The notes: generated by a model not told the origin, from the sequence alone. A DNA stretch of 64,000 nucleotides from a virus (IMGVR_UViG_2693429668_000006); one strand, 5' to 3'; shown: positions 30,432 to 40,731, numbered from the stretch's first letter. Made by a program: numbers and translations.

Positions 30432-30647
30432 ATGTCTAATAAAATGACTGGTTTAGTAAAATGGTTTAACTCTGATAAAGGCTTTGGCTTTATTTCTCCT
30501 GCTGATGGCAGTAAAGATGTTTTTGTACATTTTTCGGCAATTCAGAGTAATAATTTCCGCACTTTGGAAGAAGGCCAGCAGGTCGAATTCTCTATCGAGA
30601 ATGGGGCTAAAGGCCCAGCAGCAGCAAATGTCGTTGCTCTAAGCTGA
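30432..30647 (+). CDS. cold-shock protein (CspA family, 71 aa)
   Basis: RNP1/RNP2 motifs KGFGFI and VFVHF; GLVKWFN start; ~190-nt leader upstream. Confidence 0.85.
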   Translation: MSNKMTGLVKWFNSDKGFGFISPADGSKDVFVHFSAIQSNNFRTLEEGQQVEFSIENGAKGPAAANVVALS

Positions 30648-30925
30648 TTCAACGCTGATGATCCTCATTTCTACAATAACGAAGACGGTGTAAGCCTGAG
30701 TGGATAGATTTGTAGGATTGTACAAGTTGAATAAATTAGCATGGTAAGGCCATGCTAATTAAATCGACACAACGGCCAGTTTATTCCATAAAAGTGAATT
30801 GCCCATTGTGGCGAAATGCGGGGTTGCCGCATGAATAGTCAAAGGCAGAAGCTAACTGCCGGCATGGCAAAACAAAGTGCGTAAGAGGAGTGACTTCCTC
30901 AACAAGCGCCATAATTCTTTATAAA

Positions 30926-30950
30926 CCCGCCAACAGGCGGGTTTTCTTTA
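30926..30950 (+). terminator. rho-independent terminator
   Basis: hairpin CCCGCC-AACA-GGCGGG followed by TTTTCTTT; between convergent csp and dnaE. Confidence 0.6.
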
Positions 30951-33900
30951 TTACTTATTTATTGTCTCCGCGATATCAGCCAGAATGGCCTCCAGTCGCT
31001 CTCCTTCTTCCGGTCGGAAGTACAGGATATTCGGGTTAAATCCGTAGAAGACGGTTGCATCAAGCTCTGGGAAGTACTCCTTACGACCAATCAGATCTGA
31101 TGGTTTACTCTTATTGTTAAATAGTGCGGTTGAACGACTACCACACGTCAAAATGTAGGTTGGTCGTACAAGATTAATTTCTTCCCGCATAAAGTCTGTG
31201 AACTGGCCTATCTCGTCTTTGGTATAGTCTTTCTCTTTGTCCTTAACCTTCTTACAAACACCCGTGACATAAAGATCGCCCATGCGCAGATCTCCAACTG
31301 TCAGTAGTTTTGCCTTAAAGTCGTCGTATCCGTTCTCCATGAAGTAGCCGGTACGAGCGTCATTGCCGTTCGCATTGTCCAGAATGATCATGATTTTGGG
31401 TTTAATACCAATAGTCGGGCGTATCAACTCCTCACCCAAGCCCATTTCAGCCGCCATACGTGTCATGAGTACGTTGATTTCGGCAGAACGCTTAGGATTC
31501 ATTTCGAACGGACGTGATGCTTTAACAGCGTCAATGATGAGATTGCCCATCAGCTCAGCCTGGTCGCGCAGTCGTTCAGGATCAGTTGCTGGCAGACTGC
31601 CTGGCTCAATTGACGCAAAAGCCCCTACTTTATGAAGCGACTCGCGTACACGACTGTTACATGCACGCTTCTCGACCGCTTCATCGAATTGTGCCACTGA
31701 CTCGAATTTGCCACCAACTTTCTCACGCGCACGCATAATTGCCTGACAACCATTTTCAGAACAGCCTTTCACAGCAGAGAATGGCGCATACAGTGCCTGA
31801 CTGCCGTCTTCGAGTGTGCGGATCTCAATTCGGTTAGATGACACATTAACGTCTGGTGGCAATACGCGAATGCCATAGGTCAGCGCATCCTTCACCAGCC
31901 CCTGATGCTTATCCTCGCCCAGAATGGTGAGCGCAGCTGCGAAGAACTCAGCAGGGTAGTGCGTCTTTAGCCACATAGACTGATAACTGATTAAAGAATA
32001 AGAAACGGAGTGTGATTTATTGAACTGATAGGCTCCGTTTTTCTCAAATGCGGTCCAGATCTCCTTCGCTTTCATCTCTGATAGCCCTGGATGTGACGCT
32101 GTAACGCGTACTGCGTTTATAGGTAGTTTTGCGCCGTGCTCAAGTGCCTCTTCGACAGTTTTCAGAGTTCCGTCTTCGCATTTAAAATGTTCCGCACGGT
32201 GAATGCGCTGTGTAGTGCCATCTTCCAGCTCAACGTCTATCCAGCCAGCTTGAGCCTGAACGATGAACTTCTCGCCCATGCTCTTCATTTTTTCCATGTT
32301 CTTCTTACCGATTGCGGAACGCACAGCGTCAGCTTCAGCCATTGTGAAGCCGGCAAGCAATCGAGTCGCGTTCATCGTCTGTTCCTGATAGAGAATCACG
32401 CCATTTGTTTCCGCGGTAAGTTCATCAAGAACGGGGTGTAATGATTCCGGCGTCATAAAGCCTTTGGCGACAGAAACATAGTCATCCAACATGCCTGATT
32501 GAATTGGCCCCGGCCGGAAGAGCGCAGTTGTAGCGACGACCGTTTTAAAGCTCATTGGCTCAATTCCACCACCTAAATCTTTAAGCAGCTTGCGCATTGG
32601 GCCTGATTCAAGCTGGAAAACACCTTGAGTGTACCCAGCAGCAAAACCATCCAGCACCTTGCGATCTTCAAGAGAAATGGCATCAAGATTGATATCTTCA
32701 CCTGTGTTCTCTTTTATGTAGCGTTTTGCACTATCGAGCAAATCGAGAGTTGCCAGGCCAAGCACGTCCAGCTTAATTAGGCCCATAGCCTCGCAGTAAC
32801 GCTTGTCAAATGCGATACAACGCGCGTCACCACGGCGCTCAACCGGTGTACGTTCTGTCAGAGGAACACCTGCTACGATCATCCCTGCCGCATGTCTACC
32901 AAAGCCACGCATAAGGCTTTGTAACTTGCAGGCTGCATTGAATGCATCAGGATATTTTGTTGCGTATTTGTCGAGACTTGCCAGTTGTTCGCGCAGTTCT
33001 TCCAATGGAAGGCTATCATCCTCAGCGTTCTTCAGTTCTTTTGATACCGCCATATCTGCGGACTCCACACCATAAATACGAGCGGTGTCACGTAGTGCAG
33101 AGGCTGCGCCCAGGTAGGTGAAGTTCGGAATGCCTGCAACGTAATCTTCGCCGTAGCGTTCATTCAGATACTCGATCACCTCATGGCGACGTGCCTGGCT
33201 GAAGTCCAAATCCGCATCTGGCAAGTCGAGACGCTCAGGGTTGATGAAACGTTCAAACAGAAGACCGTGACGGATAGGGTCGACGTTGGTTATGCCTATG
33301 CACCATGCCACCAAAGAGCCAGCGGAGGAACCACGACCAGGCCCGACAGGAATGCCAGTTTCACGGCTGTGATTCATCAGATCGCGTACCATCAGGAAGT
33401 AACCACAAAATCCCAGGCGAGTAAGCGTGTCCATTTCGTACTTAAGTCGCTCAACATAAACCCTGTTCTCAGAAGCCGGTGGTGTGTATCCAAACTCTTT
33501 TGTGGTAAGACGTTTACGCAGCCCTGCAACAGCCAGTTTCATCAGCGTTGCAGGTTCGTCGTCTGCCATCTTGGGCAGTGCTGGTGGCAATTCATGCCAG
33601 CGCCATGTACAGGCTTCGATAATGGAGTCCTGCGTTGTTGAGGCCATTGCAGCTGTTACCGGCACATCCATGCGAACGGAGAAGGCTTTAAGCGCCTCAA
33701 GGAGATGGCGGCGACCATTGACGGCGTTATCTCGCTGGTGGGGTATACGCAGACGATGCGGCTGGTCGATTTTTATGTTGTTCGTAACCATGTGCGCAAT
33801 GTCTTTAATGTCTGCATCGTCGATCGATTCGTAATAAGCGGGATAGAACGCTACTGGCTCTATTTTCAGTGCGCTGGCTACTTTCATCGCTCGGACGTTA

Positions 33901-34469
33901 ATCTGGTCGTAGAATGGGGTAGGGTGCGGATAAACCACGCTATAGAAGTTGTCTTTCCCGCCCGCTGTAATCAGTGAGCTTATGATTTTTGCAAAATCGT
34001 TGCGTTGGAACACGCTACCGATGTCGGAAGTGAGCAGGATGATGTTGCCTTTGGCATATGTAGAAACCAACTGTTCGAGCGAGAGACGCGGTACAAAGTA
34101 GAACTGTTCTCGTGTGTTGGCCACCGTCATTAGTTCGCAGATGTCGCGATATCCTTGCTCATTTTTAATTAGAGCGGTAAACGAGTAGTTACGTCCCCGC
34201 TCTAATGATTCCATACATCTCATAGATTCTTTAGCAAGTTTAGCCCGGTGCTCGTATGTGGGATCATCAACGATATTTAGTTTCACACCACAAATAACCG
34301 CCATGTCGTCACCAGCGGCACGTTGTAGTGGAATAACACTCGCAATATTCATGCTATCTGCTGAAATTACAGCGGTGTAGCCAGCTTCTCTGGCAATCTT
34401 CACCGCGTTTTCTGCTTTTAGAGCCGACTCCCCAAGTGAGAAGTCAGTTCGAACCATCAGTGCTTTCAT
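30951..34469 (-). CDS. dnaE: DNA polymerase III alpha subunit (DnaE-type, PHP domain N-terminus)
   Basis: 1172 aa; Pol III alpha core (GPGRGSSAGSLVAWCIGITNVDP), degenerate PHP N-terminus; ATG at 34467-34469. Confidence 0.8.
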   Translation of the reverse strand: MKALMVRTDFSLGESALKAENAVKIAREAGYTAVISADSMNIASVIPLQRAAGDDMAVICGVKLNIVDDPTYEHRAKLAKESMRCMESLERGRNYSFTALIKNEQGYRDICELMTVANTREQFYFVPRLSLEQLVSTYAKGNIILLTSDIGSVFQRNDFAKIISSLITAGGKDNFYSVVYPHPTPFYDQINVRAMKVASALKIEPVAFYPAYYESIDDADIKDIAHMVTNNIKIDQPHRLRIPHQRDNAVNGRRHLLEALKAFSVRMDVPVTAAMASTTQDSIIEACTWRWHELPPALPKMADDEPATLMKLAVAGLRKRLTTKEFGYTPPASENRVYVERLKYEMDTLTRLGFCGYFLMVRDLMNHSRETGIPVGPGRGSSAGSLVAWCIGITNVDPIRHGLLFERFINPERLDLPDADLDFSQARRHEVIEYLNERYGEDYVAGIPNFTYLGAASALRDTARIYGVESADMAVSKELKNAEDDSLPLEELREQLASLDKYATKYPDAFNAACKLQSLMRGFGRHAAGMIVAGVPLTERTPVERRGDARCIAFDKRYCEAMGLIKLDVLGLATLDLLDSAKRYIKENTGEDINLDAISLEDRKVLDGFAAGYTQGVFQLESGPMRKLLKDLGGGIEPMSFKTVVATTALFRPGPIQSGMLDDYVSVAKGFMTPESLHPVLDELTAETNGVILYQEQTMNATRLLAGFTMAEADAVRSAIGKKNMEKMKSMGEKFIVQAQAGWIDVELEDGTTQRIHRAEHFKCEDGTLKTVEEALEHGAKLPINAVRVTASHPGLSEMKAKEIWTAFEKNGAYQFNKSHSVSYSLISYQSMWLKTHYPAEFFAAALTILGEDKHQGLVKDALTYGIRVLPPDVNVSSNRIEIRTLEDGSQALYAPFSAVKGCSENGCQAIMRAREKVGGKFESVAQFDEAVEKRACNSRVRESLHKVGAFASIEPGSLPATDPERLRDQAELMGNLIIDAVKASRPFEMNPKRSAEINVLMTRMAAEMGLGEELIRPTIGIKPKIMIILDNANGNDARTGYFMENGYDDFKAKLLTVGDLRMGDLYVTGVCKKVKDKEKDYTKDEIGQFTDFMREEINLVRPTYILTCGSRSTALFNNKSKPSDLIGRKEYFPELDATVFYGFNPNILYFRPEEGERLEAILADIAETINK

Positions 34470-34653
34470 GTGTTTTTACCTTTATGGTTTTTTTGATTTT
34501 GTCATTGGGGAAGCCTACGAACTTCCCATACATCGAAATCGCAACTTCTTTTGCTGATTGGTGACAATCGGGCTTGTCTGGACATACCAGACAAGCCTTA
34601 CCAGTTTCAGAAGCAGCGATAAGAGAGCCGAAACATCCTTTACGCACGATCAA
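34444..34653 (-). CDS. small Cys-rich hypothetical protein (69 aa)
   Basis: ORF track; CLVCPDKPDC cluster; overlaps dnaE start by 26 nt. Confidence 0.3.
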   Translation of the reverse strand: MIVRKGCFGSLIAASETGKACLVCPDKPDCHQSAKEVAISMYGKFVGFPNDKIKKTIKVKTHESTDGSN

Positions 34654-35885
34654 CCAAATATTTTTTGAACAACTTCACGAGCCGCTTGTGCAGAAGCTGA
34701 AGGGAGTTTGTTAATGAAAGAACGCTCAATACCTGTCACAAAGTCGCCTCGCATCATTCCAATCTTGGCCGACAACAAAAGTTCACGAGGGCCAATTGGC
34801 TGACTGATAAGGTGTTCTTCGTATCCATCGCGAACGATACCGGCAAACTTAACCATCTTTTCTGCGTATTCATCCACGATACCGGCATTTATCAACATGT
34901 TGATCTCTGCCTCTTTGCTCATGTATTTCACATTCGAAACGATGCCAAAACGCGAAAAGTTCGCGGCGTTCTGGATGTTTGTACCCTGGTACAAGCCGGT
35001 TTCATCACCAGATCCGTTCGTGTTGCCAGTGCCAATGAAAGCAAACCGTTCATGCGGAGTAATGCGACGCCATTCTGGAGTCGCCTCTTTGATGACCAAC
35101 GCTTCACCTTCCAGCACTGGCTGATACACGCCAAGAATCTGTGGAAACGCAAAGTCGTATTCATCCGCGAGGTAAACCCAGCCATGCTTCATTGCGAGCG
35201 CAAGCAAGCCAGGCTCGAAATACGTAGAGCCATCACGCGCCAGAATTTGCCCCGTAACATGTGCCTCTTCCATTGATGCTGTATGTTGGGCACGGATCAA
35301 CGGACGATTGAGCAAAGCACATAGTTGTGTAGGCAATGACGATTTGCCTGTTCCTGCATGACCCCACAAATAGCCAGGTATGCCAAGTTCAAGCATCATG
35401 AAAATGTCTTTGATCAGTTCGAAGTCGCCATATACGTAGCCCTTCTTCACTTCTGGAACGAACTCTGGAAACGGCGTATTGACGTTGACGCTAACCATGA
35501 GCGGCGTCCCACGTTTTGTTCCGAGTTCTTTCACCGTTACATTTAGCAGTTCGTGAGCTGCGACCAGATCTGTCTTGTACTCAACTGTGCCTGTGTAGCC
35601 TGGGCTACTGGTCACGCCAGATGATTTGGCCATTTCGCTTTTTTGCTCGGCACGTTTAGCTTGAATTGCATCAAGTGCCTTTTTCGATAGCGTTGGTTCA
35701 TCTGGAAACTGCGTTGTGTACATTTTCAGTACGGTGTCAGGATCGGCATCTTTTACTGACTCAGGAATGCCCTCGCAATTACCATTGGCTACATGGGACT
35801 TAAAATAGTGAAATGATTTGCCGCACCACTTGCAAACAAGGTAATCAGAAGGATTTTTATCATTTTGCAGTGCAGTAGTAGTCAT
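34650..35885 (-). CDS. AAA+ ATPase (MoxR/CobS-like) with N-terminal zinc-finger-like segment
   Basis: Walker A GHAGTGKSS, Walker B-like VYLADEYD; N-terminal CKWCG...C. Confidence 0.65.
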   Translation of the reverse strand: MTTTALQNDKNPSDYLVCKWCGKSFHYFKSHVANGNCEGIPESVKDADPDTVLKMYTTQFPDEPTLSKKALDAIQAKRAEQKSEMAKSSGVTSSPGYTGTVEYKTDLVAAHELLNVTVKELGTKRGTPLMVSVNVNTPFPEFVPEVKKGYVYGDFELIKDIFMMLELGIPGYLWGHAGTGKSSLPTQLCALLNRPLIRAQHTASMEEAHVTGQILARDGSTYFEPGLLALAMKHGWVYLADEYDFAFPQILGVYQPVLEGEALVIKEATPEWRRITPHERFAFIGTGNTNGSGDETGLYQGTNIQNAANFSRFGIVSNVKYMSKEAEINMLINAGIVDEYAEKMVKFAGIVRDGYEEHLISQPIGPRELLLSAKIGMMRGDFVTGIERSFINKLPSASAQAAREVVQKIFG

Positions 35886-35942
35886 GCGCTTTTCCTTTGT
35901 TCTCTAATGAGCGTTCAAGTTCTTATATAAATATACCATTAA

Positions 35943-35964
35943 CTATGGTAAGTAGTTACTTATC
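35943..35964 (-). promoter_or_regulatory. class-A palindromic motif CTATGGTAAGTAGTTACTTATC
   Basis: upstream of AAA+ gene. Confidence 0.45.
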
Positions 35965-35980
35965 ATTAAGGCTGTTTTAA

Positions 35981-38089
35981 TTACTTCAAAATGATACGAG
36001 ATAGTTCAGTAACTACAGATGAACCAAGACTATCAACACTAGTTACCAGGGCATGATTTGCGTAAAATCTCTCCGGTGCATCAGTCATGATGCCAATTGC
36101 CATCAAATCAATGTCAGTCTGCGTTTCAATTTGCTTCGTAACCGAACGCAAATGGGCGTCAAAACCTCTCCCAACAGCCCACGGCGCGCCATCACTCAGA
36201 ACAAGCATGATCTTCCTGTCCTCCAAGCGACCGGAAAATAACGATGCAAGGCTGGCTATGCTTTCACCATCCACGTTATTAAGAAGTGGGAATGTGTAGC
36301 CTACGCACCCCATACGTGAGCGAACTTCGCGAGAATTTGCTTTTTCATTCCAATTTTTGATGATAGGTAGCATTAAAGATTCAAAGCGAGAGAACTCATA
36401 TTTGATAGCCTTAAGTTCTCCTGCTGCCATATGACTGCCAAATGTAGTGAAGCCGGTGATAATGTTGGGAACATTTATTCGATCAAGTGCATCGGCGATG
36501 GTATATGCACTTGCAAGAGCTAGTTTTATCGTTTCGCCACTCATTGAACCCGATAAATCAATCACTTGTTGAACACAGGCGTTAACGGCTTTAGATTCTT
36601 CTTTTTTACGAAACACGCGATCATCATTCATTGTTAATCTGTAGATACTTGAACCATGAATGCGCCCCCGACGCTGGCCAGGTATAAACTGAACTCTGTT
36701 TCTGCTTGCTATTGCACGTTCCAGGTCTTTTGCCAGCGTCGACGAAACACCTGACGAAAGGTGCTTTTCAATATATTTGTCGAAGAGCTGGTTGCCTTCA
36801 GGAACGATGCGATAACGGCTGATTGGATATCCACCTAAATCAATATCGGAGAATGTTTTAATAAGCCGTTTGATATGGGCTTCTGCCTGATCAATCGAGC
36901 CGATGAAGTCGTATGAGCGATTGTATGGCCTGTATTCGCTTTTCGAGCTTTCTGTTAACTCGCTTTTAATCGTTTCGGATAGCGCATCTTCTGTCATGCC
37001 TCCGACTTCATCTTCCATGCTATCCAACTCCTCTAAAGCCTCTTCCAGACTCATTTTTGACGGAGTTGGAATGTCTGAAGAGCCGTCTTCTGTCGATTTT
37101 CTTTTTTCGTGGTCAGTGGTAAATGATTCTGACGCCGCGTTATCAGAAGCACCAGAATCTGATACCTCTTTATCATTTTCTGTATCATCGAATATTGTTT
37201 CTGATGATTCAGAATTATCTGAATCATCACTGTCGTTATTATCATGTTTGTACTTACTGTGTGATTCTGATTTGATAGATTTGTGATTATCTAACGCTGA
37301 GGGTGTCTCATGATCTTCGTTGTCTTCATTGTTTTCTCCAGAGGCATCCGTCTGGTCAGCGTCTGAAGGATCGGAAGTTTTTCCCGGAGCTGACTCCTTA
37401 CCTTTGCTTTCACTTTCAGTGTCTTTGAGGATCTTAGCTATGGTCGCAGCCACCTTTACACAATCCTCGGTGCAAGACATGTTACGCACGGCCACATCGA
37501 TACCATGTTCTTTTAATAATGAAATTGGTTTCTCAATGACAGGCCAATATTCATCCATGAAATCTACGAACGGTGCTTGGCCATCCCAGGCTCTTACAAC
37601 CGGACAGAGAAAGAAGTTTAGAAAAAGCGCGCGCTGATCTTTGCCACAATAAGCAATAGCCTCTGAAGCCTTTGTTTTAAAGACTTTTTCGATTATAAGG
37701 CGCTGAGTTGCCATCAGATTACGTCTTGTTCCGTTAAAGACCTGACCCATTTTTCGCTCGATGAACACGTCTTCTAAGGCATTCCATAGCGACCAGGAAG
37801 GAACGCGTCCTTTTTCTCTCATTTTGTTGGACACACGAATATCGGTAAACAAAATGTGAGCAACCTCATGATCGAGAAATCCGCGCACAGCATTCATCAA
37901 TGCCGGTGTTGCGTTATCCGGGATTGATGGGATGTTTACGAGAATTGGCTCTCCATCATCGTTATAGCGTACATAAGCGTCGTCCCCTCGTTCTGCAACA
38001 GGGATGTTTTTACCTGAAAGGAGAGCGACTACTCGTTTTACACTGTCACGGAAGTCCTGAACCTCTTTGATGGAACGTTTTTTAGACAT
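35981..38089 (-). CDS. von Willebrand factor A (VWA) domain protein (CobT-like partner of AAA+ ATPase)
   Basis: C-terminal MIDAS motif DLSGSMSG; long acidic Ser/Asp-rich linker. Confidence 0.6.
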   Translation of the reverse strand: MSKKRSIKEVQDFRDSVKRVVALLSGKNIPVAERGDDAYVRYNDDGEPILVNIPSIPDNATPALMNAVRGFLDHEVAHILFTDIRVSNKMREKGRVPSWSLWNALEDVFIERKMGQVFNGTRRNLMATQRLIIEKVFKTKASEAIAYCGKDQRALFLNFFLCPVVRAWDGQAPFVDFMDEYWPVIEKPISLLKEHGIDVAVRNMSCTEDCVKVAATIAKILKDTESESKGKESAPGKTSDPSDADQTDASGENNEDNEDHETPSALDNHKSIKSESHSKYKHDNNDSDDSDNSESSETIFDDTENDKEVSDSGASDNAASESFTTDHEKRKSTEDGSSDIPTPSKMSLEEALEELDSMEDEVGGMTEDALSETIKSELTESSKSEYRPYNRSYDFIGSIDQAEAHIKRLIKTFSDIDLGGYPISRYRIVPEGNQLFDKYIEKHLSSGVSSTLAKDLERAIASRNRVQFIPGQRRGRIHGSSIYRLTMNDDRVFRKKEESKAVNACVQQVIDLSGSMSGETIKLALASAYTIADALDRINVPNIITGFTTFGSHMAAGELKAIKYEFSRFESLMLPIIKNWNEKANSREVRSRMGCVGYTFPLLNNVDGESIASLASLFSGRLEDRKIMLVLSDGAPWAVGRGFDAHLRSVTKQIETQTDIDLMAIGIMTDAPERFYANHALVTSVDSLGSSVVTELSRIILK

Positions 38090-38106
38090 GGCTAATCCTT
38101 TGTTAT

Positions 38107-38124
38107 GAAAACAAATTATTTACT
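38107..38124 (-). promoter_or_regulatory. class-B-like motif GAAAACAAATTATTTACT (degenerate)
   Basis: upstream of VWA gene start. Confidence 0.3.
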
Positions 38125-38187
38125 AGTGTGTTTAATGTAGCACTGCGCGAACAGGGAACTAAGCCATTCGCGCAGGGAGAAGAGGGG

Positions 38188-38400
38188 TTAACAGATTCTG
38201 ACGGCTAAAGACCCGGAGCCGGTATTGAGAAGCGTGAAGCGTTTGTTGTTAAGTTCGAATATAAAGCCAGTTGTGTCATTCACACCAACCTGAATCTGCT
38301 CATTCGGTAGATCGGTGAGGATGTCAGCTACACACTCATCAGCTAATTTCTGTACGTGTCCGATCTCAAGAGCGATTAGGCTGGAAATAGTGGTGTTCAT
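38188..38400 (-). CDS. hypothetical protein (70 aa)
   Basis: ORF track. Confidence 0.35.
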   Translation of the reverse strand: MNTTISSLIALEIGHVQKLADECVADILTDLPNEQIQVGVNDTTGFIFELNNKRFTLLNTGSGSLAVRIC

Positions 38401-38651
38401 TCAATCAATCCATTCTAACTTATACTATGGTAAGGAATACTACTAAAATCTATATCAATACTGAATACATTCATATCATATGCAAGTTGATTTTCTTACC
38501 TGTTTTGGGCTAATTTTTCTCCGTGCAATGGCCTTTAACCGGTCTTTTAAGTGCCTATCGAAAAAAATGATAATAGCTTTACAACCCTAACCTTTGATGT
38601 AATATCGGTAAGCACTTACCAGAGAGAATTGAACGCGCAAAGGTTGTAACC

Positions 38652-39038
38652 ATGTCTGATAACAAGATTGAATTTATAGAAAGTCGCTACGCTGCTTTTA
38701 TCGCAGGGTTGATTGAATCCTCACCTATGAGCCAGGCCCAGATAGCCAAAACAATTGGGTATAAAAACGCCAACAACCTTTCTTTAATTAAAAGCGGCAA
38801 AATTCCTTTGCCTATCGATAAGGTTCGTCCGCTGGCGCTGGCACTGGGCATTGAGCCAAGTCGTCTTATGATGATGGTGCTGGAAGAACGCCAACCCGAA
38901 CTCGCAGCATTTTTATACAAAGAAGGCACTGCTCCTCTTAACGAGGACGAAAAACAGGTTCTTGCTGCATATAACGAGCGATTCGGTAAAGAGAAAGGCG
39001 CATCACAAAAGGTTGTTGAGGCCATAAAGTCTCTATGA
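38652..39038 (+). CDS. HTH DNA-binding regulator (XRE-like)
   Basis: helix-turn-helix segment SQAQIAKTIGYKNANNLSLIKSGK. Confidence 0.5.
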   Translation: MSDNKIEFIESRYAAFIAGLIESSPMSQAQIAKTIGYKNANNLSLIKSGKIPLPIDKVRPLALALGIEPSRLMMMVLEERQPELAAFLYKEGTAPLNEDEKQVLAAYNERFGKEKGASQKVVEAIKSL

Positions 39039-40136
39039 AAAATTTACACGAATAAGCTCTGTTGATAGACGATCTCCCTTAAATTTGTGGTCAATTTCGT
39101 CTAAATCCGGTTGCTCTACGATTGATGCGATGTACGTCGAGAAACTTTCTAAGGCGTCTCGCATCTCGTCCATATAATCGTGCCGGTCGTAGACCCGATC
39201 TATCCCCTCAAGACTGTGGTTCATGATTTTACGTGATACCTCCTGGCTTATGCCTAATGCTGGGAAGTAACTACGCGCAGTACGGCGCAAATCTCGGGGT
39301 GTAAATGGCTCAAGCTCCATCAGTTCTGGTCGTTCCAGAATACGACGTAATGCCTGGGCTATTGCCACTTTAGACATAGGAAGGTCTTTCCCGATTTTTT
39401 TATTCGAAGGCACGAGCCACTGGCTGTCTTTACCATATTCGAACAACTCTTCAATACAAGTGCGCATTAATGAGCTTAAAGGCAGAGAATGCTCACGGGC
39501 AGATTTGTTCCTCTTGCCTTGATTCCAAACCCCACGCTTAAGATTGAACTCACTTTTTTTAGCCCGCAGTACTTCGTCAGGTCGTCTTGCGGATACAAGA
39601 CATAGCCTGGCCGCCCATTTTGTACCAGCGCACACATTGAAGTAGTCCCATATATTCCAGAACACCCATACCTCTGCGTCGGTCAGCTTCCGCTCGCGAG
39701 GTGTGGGCTTTGCGCCACCGGCAACTTTGTTAAGTGACATATCGTTTAACGGTGACACGTCTATCATCCCCTGGAAGGCGCACCAGCTAAGGAACTGCTT
39801 CATCAGAGAGAAAACGCGGCGGCCCATAACAATTTTGCCATCCAGTATTAGTGGGTTGACCAGTTGGTTCACCATGAACCTATTAATGTCACTTACTTTT
39901 ACATCGGCAATGTGCGGCAAAACATGTATCAAAATACAATGAACAGCGATCTCTGGCCGACGTCTGGTTATCAGCAGAGATAAGCGAGTGAATAACATGA
40001 ATGCGTCCGAGAATCTCATGTCATTGCTGACCTGGGAGATCATAACGGCCTGCATTTGAGATGCTCTTTCGAGATACTCTATCGCCTCTTTTGAGGTGTT
40101 CTCCGCAGCGCGTGCTCTGTCAAAGCTATTTTTCAT
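39033..40136 (-). CDS. tyrosine recombinase / integrase family protein
   Basis: C-terminal catalytic region TPRDLRRTARSY (box II) and NHSLEGIDRVYDRH (His...Tyr); ARRPDEV box I-like. Confidence 0.65.
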   Translation of the reverse strand: MKNSFDRARAAENTSKEAIEYLERASQMQAVMISQVSNDMRFSDAFMLFTRLSLLITRRRPEIAVHCILIHVLPHIADVKVSDINRFMVNQLVNPLILDGKIVMGRRVFSLMKQFLSWCAFQGMIDVSPLNDMSLNKVAGGAKPTPRERKLTDAEVWVFWNIWDYFNVCAGTKWAARLCLVSARRPDEVLRAKKSEFNLKRGVWNQGKRNKSAREHSLPLSSLMRTCIEELFEYGKDSQWLVPSNKKIGKDLPMSKVAIAQALRRILERPELMELEPFTPRDLRRTARSYFPALGISQEVSRKIMNHSLEGIDRVYDRHDYMDEMRDALESFSTYIASIVEQPDLDEIDHKFKGDRLSTELIRVNFS

Positions 40137-40346
40137 ATGACAATCACCGAGTTACGCCGATGCACTGTATAAGTAAACAGTATATTAGGCATAGATTCTT
40201 ATAGGATCAAGAGTAAAAGTAACTCATTTTCAGCAATGATTCCATACATAGTAGGTATGGAATCATTTAGCCGTTGTTTTTTGAATTTTAAGGGAACCAA
40301 GCGTGAGTTTGGTGGGAACAAAAACGGCTCCTGTGAGCCGTTAAAA

Positions 40347-40592
40347 TTAGAGAGTGGTGACGTATGCAGCCAGTTCTGTGTATCCGCCAATCGGTTGGCC
40401 ATCGATCAGTACCTGGGGGATAGTCTCTACCGGTTTGCCAACAATTTCGCTAAGTTTTTCCTTATCGATACCGGCAGTGGTGATGTCGATGTACTCATAA
40501 TCACCATAGCCGTGTCCCTTTAGTTGTTTCGCCAGCTCGACCGCACGTTTGCAATATGAGCAGTTATCTCGTCCGTAGATAACGATAGTCAT
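40347..40592 (-). CDS. glutaredoxin-like protein (NrdC/NrdH-like)
   Basis: IYGRDNCSYC redox motif, thioredoxin-fold length, ...DGQPIGGY. Confidence 0.7.
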   Translation of the reverse strand: MTIVIYGRDNCSYCKRAVELAKQLKGHGYGDYEYIDITTAGIDKEKLSEIVGKPVETIPQVLIDGQPIGGYTELAAYVTTL

Positions 40593-40648
40593 GTTTACCT
40601 CATAATAATTATGTGTTACTTAACCAGAAAATAAATATTACTATAAAA

Positions 40649-40670
40649 GATAGGTAAGTAAAAACCTATT
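40649..40670 (-). promoter_or_regulatory. class-A palindromic motif GATAGGTAAGTAAAAACCTATT
   Basis: upstream of glutaredoxin gene. Confidence 0.45.
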
Positions 40671-40731
40671 TAATGTCTGCAATACATCGTAAACTTGCCT
40701 GTTAATCACAACTTAATTTAGTTAATATTTA

